Source: Eledone cirrhosa (taxonomy: Eukaryota). Taken from it: DNA of 64,000 nucleotides. The DNA is taken from assembly GCA_964016885.1 (NCBI GenBank), contig OZ024750.1:25606001-25670000 (forward strand), written 5' to 3'. The position numbers and the translations under genes are program-made. The notes under the pieces are model-generated. The model was not told where the DNA came from. It did not search any database and was given only the letters and a program-made list of their open reading frames with translations. This document shows, one piece after another, positions 38,501 through 50,800 of the stretch. Each line of letters opens with the position of its first letter. Position 1 is the stretch's first letter.

Positions 38501-41500
38501 GTATATATATCTATATAGACAGGGATATATATAATTGTATAGATAGGGTTGTATATATTTGTATAGACAGGGTTGTATATAATCATATAGAGTTGCATAT
38601 ATTTGTATAGATAGAGGTGGTTTATATATTTTTATAGATAGAGGTGTATATATCTCTATAGATAAAGTTGGAGTTATTCACCTCATCTTGTACCACAACT
38701 GATTCTATAGAAATGGGAATAGAACTAAGAAAATAGCTGTAAATTATTTTCTTGGATTTTCAGTGTAACTAAGATCCTAATCATTGTATATAACACTATA
38801 ATGTATCTATCAATATTTTGTATTATGACAGAAAGGGTTTTAGTGTAATATTATGTTGAAAAGTATTGATATTTTCTGACATAGACATAAAACATGGAAG
38901 ATATAGGAGAGGAGAGGCTTTGGAAAGCTTTTTATGTTATAAAGTCTTTATAGACCATTAGTTATTTAACCCTTTAGCATTTAAACCGGCCGCATCCTGC
39001 CAGAATTCTCTCACCTTTTTTCTGTTCAAACTGATACTGATGTTAAGGTATTAATAATATCAAAATTAATAATATCAAAATTCCATAGACTTGATATTAT
39101 GTGAGATAATTATGTGAGGTAAAGCTTTTACCACAAAAATACAATAGTAAATATAGAGTAATGTAAATGCTAAAGGGTTAAGTAATATGAAACAGTTCTA
39201 AGTAAGAATGAAAATCAGGTTTTGAATTCAGTTTGCCAGGAACTTACAGCAGTGTCCATCACCAAAAAAAAAAAAAAAATTTTTTTGTGGGTTTTTCGGT
39301 CTTAACTTTTTGAACCCTGACCATTATTATATAAAAGCATAGGGCAGTAGAGCATCAGACACCATGCTTTGCAGCATAGAGTTATGGCCCTTTATGTTCA
39401 AATCCCACTGAGGTTAGCTTTGCCTTTCGTCCTTACGGAGTCGATAAAATAAATCACCAGTAATGCATTTAATTGACTTTCCTCTCTCCCCAAATTACTA
39501 GCCTTGTGCCTATAGTAGAAATCATTATTGAAGGGTTCAAATTCTTTGAAAATTGGGGATATTGAAGAAAATTATCACAGTAATAGAAGTGTCGCTAGCC
39601 AGCTGGTCATTTCTCTGTCTTGTAGCCACAGGTGAGGGAAGTGGGGTGGAGTGGAACGCTAGCTAGCTGGTTATTTTTCTGTCTTGTAGCCACAGGTGAG
39701 GGAAGTGGGGTGGAGTGGAACGCTAGCTAGCTGGTTATTTCTCTGTCTTGTAGCCACAGGTGAGGGAAGTGGAGTGGAACGCTAGCTAGCTGGTTATTTC
39801 TCTGTCTTGTAGCCACAGGTGAGGGAAGTGGGGTGGAGTGGAATCAACATTGAAAGAGTTGCTATGAGGATTATAAATAAACTTGTTGTTACTTCTCGGT
39901 TTATTTTTCACTATCAAAAAGTTTCTGATCACTTGAGTCTGCTTTGCTTCCATAATCAGCTTAACATCACTGACTTTCAACATCTTCTTCAGACTTTCAA
40001 ATCTCCTTGATCCAATAGGTTCAGCACTTTCTCTACTCTGGATTTTCTGGTCAGGATTTTGGCAAAAATTCACAGAAAAAAACCCAACAAAACAAAACCT
40101 CAAATGCGAAACTTTTCAATCACATGGCTTCCGGCTATCGTCTGCCTTCACATTATGAAAGAACTAATCTGATTGGCTGTCTGGTTGCTTGGAAATAAAT
40201 GTTTGTTTGTAAACAAATCTGTATGAAATATGAAATCCTGGCTCATCTGTGTCAATGATGATGAGCTCAGTTCAAATTGAAACACTGTCACATTGGGTTC
40301 AAAGGGCTAATAATGTCTTATTCATATTTAAACTATTAAGATATTTTCTTATAACAATACTACTGGGTATAAAACCTGAACTTATTCTTCTCTGGTCTAT
40401 ATAATATAATAATTGTTTCTACTTTTGGCACATGGCCATCAATTACCCGTACATTACTGGTACTTTATTTTATCAACCCCGTAAGGATGAAAGGCAAAGT
40501 TAAATAATAATAATATTGCAAATGTCTTTAGAACTCTGTGTACAAATTTGAAGCTTAAAGTATTTTATTTACTTAATTATTTACTTATTTACCTTTTTAT
40601 TTTATTATATTTTATATTTCTAACTTGTTGCCTACAAGAGAGTGAGTAAATCAGTTAAATTCTGTGAGGCCTTTTTTTAAAAATCTTCTTCAGAGTGTTT
40701 TTATATCAAAATTTAAAAAGGTATGCCACCAAATTGTTCTCCTATTCCAGTTAGTCCTTCTTCTTGACAGGTGTCGATAGGAATTGATCAAACCACATCT
40801 AATTAAGTGATTAAAAGTCCAATTACTTTTAACTGTAATATTAGATAAGATTTTTCAATCAGTCTCTCTCTCTTCACATGCTAATAAAGATGTTCAAGAT
40901 TTAAAATCTAAGCAGTTTATCAATTTTGGTATATGTTTCTGTAAGGTAGATCTTTAACTCTTTAGTTACCAATCCGGCCAAAACCAGCTCTAGTTCTATG
41001 AAATAACGTCACCTATTTTAAAGGTCCCCAATTGAAATTAAAATCTATAAGAACCTTACATTAAGTTACTATCTTAGTTATGAAATAATTAATAATTTTT
41101 TTATAAATTCCTCAAAATTCTTCATTAATTAAGTAAAATAGAATGTATTTCGTTAGAAATGCAGTCCTGAAAGAGTTAAATTACTGTCTTAGTTATGAAA
41201 TAATTGATAATTTTAGTAAATTCCTCATAATTCTTCATTAATTAATTCTATTTTAATTAATTCTTCATTAATTAATTAAAATAGAATGTATTTCGTCAGA
41301 AGGGTTAAAGTGTTGAACAAGAGGTGACTTAAGTAGAGTTCATGACATTTGACCTCCATTATCAGTTAGAAATGATCAAAGAGTAACAATTCTTATCACA
41401 GTGTTAACAATCCATAATAAAGTGCTCTTATTTCTTAAAGTTAGAATTATTACATTATTTTTTTTTATTCCTTGACTTCAAACTGTTGTTCCCCAATAAA

Positions 41501-44500
41501 TGTATAACCTCTCTACACCATGTATTGAGTACTCTTTGTTTAAGTACAAGATACAATTTCACTGACAATTTCTTTAAATTGGTTGTTTCCTTCACTTTTA
41601 TTTTTGAGGATGAAATATTTTAACTTTCTCTAATATCTTTATTTGTTCATTGTTTTACTCCATTAAAACCTTTCTAATTATCAATAGAAATGTGTATTAT
41701 CAATAGAAATCACAGTAACGATATAGATGTTATTGATATCAATAGATATAGTAATGATAGAGTTGTTATTGATAGTAATAACCATAGTAATGACAGTTGC
41801 TATTGATATCATTAGAGATCATAGTAATGATATAGTTGATATTGATAGTAATGACCATAGTAATGATATAGTTGTTATTGATAGTAATGACCATAGTAAT
41901 GATATAGTTGTTATTGATAGTAATGACCATAGTAATGATATAGTTGTTATTGATAGTAATGACCATAGTAATGATATAGTTGATATTGATAGTAATGACC
42001 ATAGTAATGATATAGTTGATATTGATAGTAATGACCATAGTAATGATATAGTTGTTATTGATAGTAATGACCATAGTAATGATATAGTTGATATTGATAG
42101 TAATGACCATAGTAATGATATAGTTGTTATTGATAGTAATGACCATAGTAATGATATAGTTGTTATTGATAGTAATGACCATAGTAATGATATAGTTGTT
42201 ATTGATAGTAATGACCATAGTAATGATATAGTTGTTATTGATAGTAATGACCATAGTAATGATATAGTTGTTATTGATAGTAATGACCATAGTAATGATA
42301 TAGTTGATATTGATAGTAATGACCATAGTAATGATATAGTTGTTATTGATAGTAATGACCATAGTAATGATATAGTTGTTATTGATAGTAATGACCATAG
42401 TAATGATATAGTTGTTATTTATAGTAATGACCATAGTAATGATATAGTTGTTATTTATAGTAATAATCAAGACAAAAGGTTAAAGTAGCATGGAGAGAAA
42501 CTAGGTGTAAGCTTCACATGACATATAGAGAAGCTAGATATCAGTTTCACATAGCATGGAGAGAAGCTAGATATCAACTTTACATAGCATGGAGAGAAGC
42601 TAGATATCAGCTTCACATAACATCAAGAGAAGCTAGATATCAGCTTCACATAACTTGGGGAGAAGCTAGATATCATATACACATAACATAGAGAGAAGCT
42701 AGATATCAGCTTCACATAACTTGGGGAGAAGCTAGATATCAGCTTCACATAACATGGGAAGAAGCTATTTATCAGCTTCACATAACATAGAGAGAAGCTA
42801 GATATCAGCTTCATATAACATGGGAAGAAGCTATATATATCAGCTTCACATAACATCGAGAGAAACTATATATCAGCTTCACATAACATGGAGAGAAGTT
42901 AGATATCATATACACATGACATAGAGAGAAGCTATATATCAACTTCACATAACATGGAGAGAAGCTAGATATCAACTTCACATAACATAGAGAGAAGCTA
43001 TATATCAACTTCACATAACATAGAGAGAAGCTTGATATCAGCTTCACATAACATGGGAAGAAGCTATATATCAGCTTCACATAACATAAAGAGAAGTTAG
43101 ATATCATATGACATAGAGAGAAGCTATATATCAACTTCACATAACATCAAGAGAAGCTATGTATCAACTTCACATAACATCAAAAGAAGCTAGATATCAA
43201 CTTCACATAACATAGAGAGAAGCTATATAGCAACTTCACATAACATAGAGAGAAGCTATATAGCAACTTCACATAACATAGAGAGAAGCTATATATCAAC
43301 TTCACATAACATAGAGAGAAGCTGAAAGCAAGAGTTGTATGAATATTTTGTGACAAGAGACTGAGACGCATGAGGCGTTCCAGATTGCAAAGTAGTGCAC
43401 CTTGGGTGGGATGACAAAGGTGCATTTAGAATCACTGATGTTGAGATGAAAGAAGCTTGAAAATGTTAATACAAGTGTTTGCGGAATGTAGACATTGCAA
43501 AGGGACCCTTCCAACAGATTCTACAAAGTGACCCCTTCCAGTAGACTCTACATAGAGACCACTTCCAGCAGACTCTACAGAGAGACTGCCTCTAGTAGAC
43601 ATTAGAATGACCCCTTCCAGTAGACCCTACATAGGGACTGCCTCTAGTAGACCCTACAAAGGGATCCCTTCCAGTAGACCCTACAGAGGGACCACTTCTA
43701 GCAGACTCTACAGAGGGACCACTTCCAGCAGACTCTTCATAGGGACTTCCTCTAATAAACCAAACAAAGGGACCAGCTATTGAAGTTGACTGTTATATTG
43801 TTGAGACCATTAAAGGATATATAGGCAGGGAAAAGCTAATATAGCATCAGGGATAGTTGCTGAAATGCTTAAAATATTTGGCAAAGCAGGACTCAAGCTA
43901 ACAAAGTGAGACTCAAGCCAACAAAATGAGACTCAAGCTAACAAAGTTAGACTCAAATTAGTTTCTCATATAGTTAACTAGTTAAGTACCAGGAGGTATC
44001 ATATTCAATGACTGGCATAGCATTATCGCCATAAACTATTGCAAGATCAAAGGAGATACTCTGGAAAGAAGTAACAGGTTTCAAATTGCTGTAGTGGGTA
44101 GAAATTCCATCTGATGTACCTAGTGTAAACTGTGGGTGTAGTGGGATTCCATCTAATGTACAACAAGTGTAGTGGGATTCTATTCCTTCTGATATACAAC
44201 AAGTGTAGTGGGATTTCATCTGATGTACAACAAGTGTAGTGGGATTTTATCTGATATACAAATGTAGTGGACTTCTATCTGATGTATAACAAGTGTAGTG
44301 GGATTTCATCTGATGTACACCAAGTGTAGTGGGATCACAAAATAAGTTTGTATGTGGCAGATTCACCGGGCTAATTAGTAATAAGAGAACCAGTGAAATA
44401 AACCTTTTCCAATTTAAGGAAGGTTCCATAGAAGTAGTTGATAGTTCCTGCTACCTAGGTGACCTAGTTAGTTGGGGCAGAGGGTGCTCTGAAAGCATAG

Positions 44501-45099
44501 TAACTAGAATAAGAACAAAGAGGTAAAAGTTCAGGGAACTACTACCACTAATCATAATAATATGATTCTTTCTTTAAACAAAAGGTAGATTGTATGATGC
44601 TTGTTTATGAAATACAATATTGCATTGAAGTATGACATGATTGTTATATATATATACACACGTGTTCTTTGAAGGCTGGAATGAAATGAAGCAAGCATGC
44701 TCCATTTGGATGTGTAATATTAGTGTGTATGAACAGCAAGGCACAGTTGAGTTAAGAGAAGAAAGAAAACTGTGTATAAGAGGAATAGAAAAATCTGATG
44801 TGGTGTGCAAGAAAGAAGAATGCTCTGGTATGGACATGTAATGCATATGGCTGAAGACAGGTAATGAAGTACAGGGAGCTCCAAGTGGAAGGAAAGAGAA
44901 GAAAAGGAAGACCAAGGAAGATATGGATAGAAATGGTGAAAGCTGATCTGAGGAATACAAGATGTGAAGAGATGTTGTGTTGAAGTGGAATCATTCAATC
45001 CGTGCAAACATGGAAGAAGATATAGAAAAAGGAGGATAATTTGTGGTTCAGTCAATAAAGTTCTTGGATACATTTAAAAAAAAGATTTTTAACATTGTT

Positions 45100-45157
<58 letters not shown>

Positions 45158-45185
45158 GCCACCACCACTACTACTACTACTGCTG

Positions 45186-45239
<54 letters not shown>

Positions 45240-47820
45240 GGAATGAACTTTTACTAAATATTGTAAACTTGGTAAATTCATGACTATTGTTGTAAATTCA
45301 TGACTATTTGTTGCAATCAACATTGTGGATTGGCAGTATCGGTAGAGGGTCGGACGCCATGCTTTCCAGCATAGTTACGGCCCTCTATGGTCTGAGTTCA
45401 AATCCCGCCGAGGTTAACTTTGCCTTTCATCCTTACGGGGTCGATGAAATAAAGTACCAGTAATACACTGTGATAATTGCTGGCCTTGTGCCAAAAGTAG
45501 AAACAATTATTATAAGAAAGTTAGTTAACCTAAATAATTACTGGTTGTAAGCAATGGTAATATAATACTGTTAGTTAACCCAAATAATTACTGGTTGTAA
45601 GCAATAATACTGTTAGTAATTATTGGTTGTTAAGCGGTAGTAATATAAAATAATAAGAGTAATATAATGTTAGTTAAACCAAGTAATTACTAGTGGTTAA
45701 GAGATAGTAATATATAATAATAATAGTTAACCTAAATAATTACTGGTTGTAAGCAATGGTAATATAATACTGTTAGTTAACCCAAGTAATTACTGGTGGT
45801 GAAGAGGTAGTAATATATAATACTGTTAGTTAACCCAAGTAATTACTGGTTGTAAGCAATGGTAATATAATACTGTTAGTAATTATTGGTTATTAAGAGA
45901 TAGTAATATAAAATAATAATAGTAATATAATGTTGTTAGTTAACCCAAGTAATTACTAGTGGTTAAGAGGTAGTAGTATATAATACTGTTAGTTAACCAA
46001 GTAATTACTGGTTAAGAGGTAGTAATATTAATACTGTTAGTTAACCCAAGTAATTACTGGTTGTTAAGAGGTAGTAATATTAATACTGTTAGTTAACCCA
46101 AGTAATTACTAGTTGTTAAGAAGTAGTAATATATAATACTGTTAGTTAACCCAAGTAATTACTAGTTGTTAAGAGATAATAATATAATAAAGTTAGTTAC
46201 TGGTTGTAAAGAGGTCTTCAGACACAGGTCAGACATCATTAAGTAGAACTATGACCAAAGATAGTGTTGTTGGTCTTCAGACACAGGTCAGCCATCATTA
46301 AGAAGAACTATGACTGCATCCCTAGGGAAAGATGCTTGTGAAGTGTTCTTTTTAGATTACTTTATTTAGATTTACCCCTCAGTGATTTTATATAAGAGGT
46401 TCTATATATATATATATATATATATCATCATCATCGTTTAACGTCCATCTTCCACGCTTGCATGGGTTTGGACGGGAGTTTTCCCACTTGAGGCAAGAGT
46501 GGTTGTCTTGCTCGCATAGGACTGTCTGGCGGGTTTTCTACAGCTGGATGCCCTTCCTAACAGCAACCACGTTTACAGTGTGGACTGGGAGGTTTTTACC
46601 GTGTTACCTACATGGCCACATTACAGCGTGGACTGTGTTTTTTTTTTGTCATGACACCTACACGACCTCATTTGTTTCGGACTGGATGTTGTGGTACCAA
46701 CATAACTTTACATTGAAAGGGATGGTGTGGATGGGGTGGGGGTAGTGGGACGGGGGTGTATTTTTGTTAGAGGTGCCTACTGACTGTAGTAGGTTTCACT
46801 TTGTACTTAGGCAAGGCGGGTCTTCTGTATTACTGTGTAGCGCCGAAGATCTCGGTCCAGTGACATTGTCTTGGAGAGGTGTAAGTGTGTGAGGTCGGAA
46901 TTTATCAGGTCGTCCCAGGTTTTTCTGGGTCTGCCTACTCCGTGGCTACCATCTATTTTTATTGCCCTGCACTTTTTTATACAGCTGTCGTCTTTCATGC
47001 GCATCACGTGACCGTACCAATGTAGTCTTCTCTAGAGTAAACAACATCTGATCCCTCTTATTTTTAATTTTTCCCTTAGTTCGTTTATGCTTTGCTGTTC
47101 ATGTATATTACTATTACACATCCAGCGTAGCATGCAAGCCTCGTTCCTCTCCAGTCTGCGTATATCCTCTGCACACAATGCGCAGGTCTCACTGCCATGT
47201 AACATTTCTGTTCGTATGCAGGCATCATACAGCCTGCCTTTCATTTTTAGAGAGAATCCTTTAGCGGCTAATAGTGGTATAAGCTCTCGGAACTTTTTCC
47301 ATCCAGTTCTGACTCTAGGTACTGTACTTTCAGAGCACCCTCCACCACTGCTGATTTTGTCACCCAAGTAACGGAAGGTGTCCACTATTTCTATAGAACC
47401 ATCTGTGCAATGGAATGAGCTAGTATTCAGTGGGCACTTGCTGCTACTTATTGCACCAGAGCACCGGCCACATATAAAATCTATATTCTTAGTTAGCTTA
47501 CCTGTGATCCCACTTCATCTTTTATGCACCCATAGTTTGCATTTGGGACATAAAATGGAGTTTCTGCCTACTCCTTTCCTACACGCTGAGCATGGCCATT
47601 TCCCGGATGGGACCGGTACCCTATTTTCCTTCCTACAAACTAGAACTTTAGTCTTAGACAGGTTAATTTTAAGGCCTTTTGATTCTAGGCCATGCTTCCA
47701 TGTTTGGAATTTATTCTCTAGTTCAGTCATTGATTCAGCTATGAGCGTTAGATCATCTGCGTATAGGAGTTCCCATGGGCAGCCGGTCTTGAACTCCTGT
47801 TATATATATATATCTATATA

Positions 47821-47877
<57 letters not shown>

Positions 47878-50800
47878 CTTTGCTTCTCTGGATGAGGTTT
47901 TTTTAGTGATCTGTTTTCATTGAGATGTTATGTTTATTGGTGGCTGAGTGGTTAGAGAATTGGATTCGCAATCATGAGGTTGTGAGTTCAATTCCCGGAC
48001 CGGATGATGCGTTATGTCATTGAGCAGACACTTTATTTCACGTTGCTCCTTCTACCTGGAGTTGCGACCAATATTAGCAATTGGAAAGACCAATGGAAAC
48101 ATTGTTTCCTTAGTCCGATTTGATGAAAGTCGATCGACTGTCTATATATATATATAGACACTTTATTTCACATTGCTCCAGTTTACTTAGCTGTAGAAAT
48201 GAGATGATAGGGACTGGGGTCCATATCATTCCACTGCAAAGTGGTCGTGGAGGTGCCACTGCAAAAAAGCACCCACCACTCACTGCAAATGAGGTTGGTG
48301 TTAGGAAGGGCATCCAGCTGTAGAAATCAAGTTCCCTTGCAAGCAGGGAAAAAGCGGACATAAAATGATGATGATATATATTAATATATATATATATATA
48401 TATATTAATATATATATATATATATTAATATATATATATATCATCATTTTATGTCTGCTTTTTCCCTGCTTGCAAGGGAACTTGATTTCTACAGCTGGAT
48501 GCCCTTCCTAACACCAACCTCATTTACAGTGAGTGCTGGGTGCTTTTTTGCAGTGGCACCTCCACGACCACTTTGCAGTGGAATGATATGGACCCCAGTC
48601 CCTATCATCTCATTTCTACAGCTAAGTAAACTGGAGCAATGTGAAATAAAGTGTCTTGCTCAAGGAAACAACACATCATCACCCAGTCTGAGAATTGAAC
48701 TCACAACCTTTCGATTGCAAGGCCAATGCTCTAACCACTAATCCATGTGACTCGATATATATATATATCAGATAACTTTAAAAATAAAAATCAAGTTACA
48801 TTTCCTTATGAAAATTTATATTTTCCAAATTGAAAAGGAAATACAATATAGGAGTTTATTTTTATCTTTCAAAATTTCTTTTATTGTTGGACATTTTAGA
48901 GTTTTTCAGATATAGTAGTAAAACCATAGATTTGGTTAGGAACTACAGAAATATTAAGAAAATAATATATTTCTTGACTTACTTTACCTGAATAAGGTGA
49001 AAATAAAATTGTATAAATTCTATAATTTATTTTACAAACATTTTTTTTTTTTTTTTTTAACTGAAAAATAAATTAAGAATTTCTGTCTTTTGCTAATAAT
49101 TTAATTTCTCCCCTAAAATACTTCAATACAAGGTAGGATGGTTTTGACTAACATGCCTTGTAACATTCCAGATTTTGGTATTTCAACTTTGGATGGGTCA
49201 ACCAACGGAGGATGTTGAAATAACAAGACAGCAACAAGAAAAAAATATATCTTCTTCAATGCTGTCTTCTTATACAGCTTGATATCTGAGATGGGTGAAT
49301 GTTTTGTCTACTTTTACTTCAAGTGTTTCATTATATCAATAGATTTGTCGATTTTTTGTTAAAAGCAGTTGAAGCAGCCATGTAAAACATTTTTATTTAA
49401 GAAGTGAAACACTGAAAGCAGAAACTGCTTATACAGGAGTCATTGTGGTAGAAACTGTTTGTGCATAAGAGTCATTGTGGTAGAAACTATTTGTGTATAA
49501 GAGTAATTGTGGTAATAGACCAATATGTTTGTGTCTTTGTTTGTGTATATGTATATGTGTGTATGTATATATAATATATATATATATAATAAGAGGTAGA
49601 CCCCCCACCATAACCTCAATGGCAAAAAAGACTCCCATGGGAAGGTGGATTGGATTGACCAAAGCTATACGGACCCCCCAAAACACTGATCAGGTAAGAA
49701 AAATGGTTGCACATGCAATAGGGGCTAGTATCAAAACTACCCTAAAGGGCCACATATTTAAGTTCAATGAGAAAATCTACACCCAAAATGAGGGAGCAGC
49801 CATCGGCGTCAGCATAGCTGGTGATGTTGCCAACCTTTTCATGGTATGGTGGGAAAGGAGACTTAAAGATCTCCTTAATGAAAGCTCCATAGACCTCATC
49901 ATGTACTCTCGTTATGTAGACGATATCAATACAGTTATAAGAACACCCCCACTAGAGAGCACTAACAAGTTTGATTTAGAACGTAGCACGATGGAAAGCA
50001 TCCAGCAGATAGCTAATTCCATACACCAGAGTATAACTGTAACTATCGACTTCCCTTCCAAACACCCTAACAATAGACTACCTGTATTAGACACAGAACT
50101 CTGGATTAACACTATAGGCGAGAGAGCCCAAATTCTCCACTCACACTACGCTAAACCCATAGCCTCCAAATACCTGATACTCAAAAACTCAGCAATGTCC
50201 AGTAGTGCTAAGTTTAATATTCTGATCGCAGATTTGGTACGAGTGATGAAGAATGTGTCCCGCATGTGCGACCCAACAGAAATGGAAAGACACATCCAAC
50301 ACTTCATCAACCGCATGCAGTTCTCTGGCTACAACCAAAGAGACAGAGTCAGAGTATACGAAGGAGCCATGGAAAAGTATAAGACCCTCATAGAACTGGA
50401 CATGAAAGGAATTTGCCCATTATACAGGAGCAAATCATGGAATAGCTTAGATAGGGCTAGACATAAGATAGGGAAAGCCACCTCATGGTACGACAACCAG
50501 AGATACCAGAGTGTCATGTTTGTGGACGCCACCCCTGGAGGAAAATTAGCTAACCAGTGTAGAAAGGCCCTGAGAAAGACCCACTTAAAAATAAAGGTGG
50601 TAGAAAAGCCAAGAACCACCATAAAATCCCTAATCAGCAAAACCTACCCTTTTAAGAAAACCCACTGTACCAATAGGAAATGTATCATATGTAAGGTGAA
50701 CCCCCGGATAAACTGTAAAACTAGAAACGTAGTCTATAGCATAAGATGTACAGAGGGTACTTGCAGAAACATGACAACAACATACATAGGTGAGACAGCT

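Noticed and set aside
41727-42488. 253-aa ORF of [12 protein letters not shown] repeats and its antisense ORF
   Set aside because: A 36-bp minisatellite whose unit is a multiple of 3; intronic, no domain, no splice support.
45043-45283. Poly-Tyr and poly-Thr ORFs
   Set aside because: (TAC)n microsatellite.
49493-49590. Cys-rich N-terminus of the 490-aa ORF
   Set aside because: Read-through of flanking (TG)/(TA) repeats, not part of the Penelope protein.
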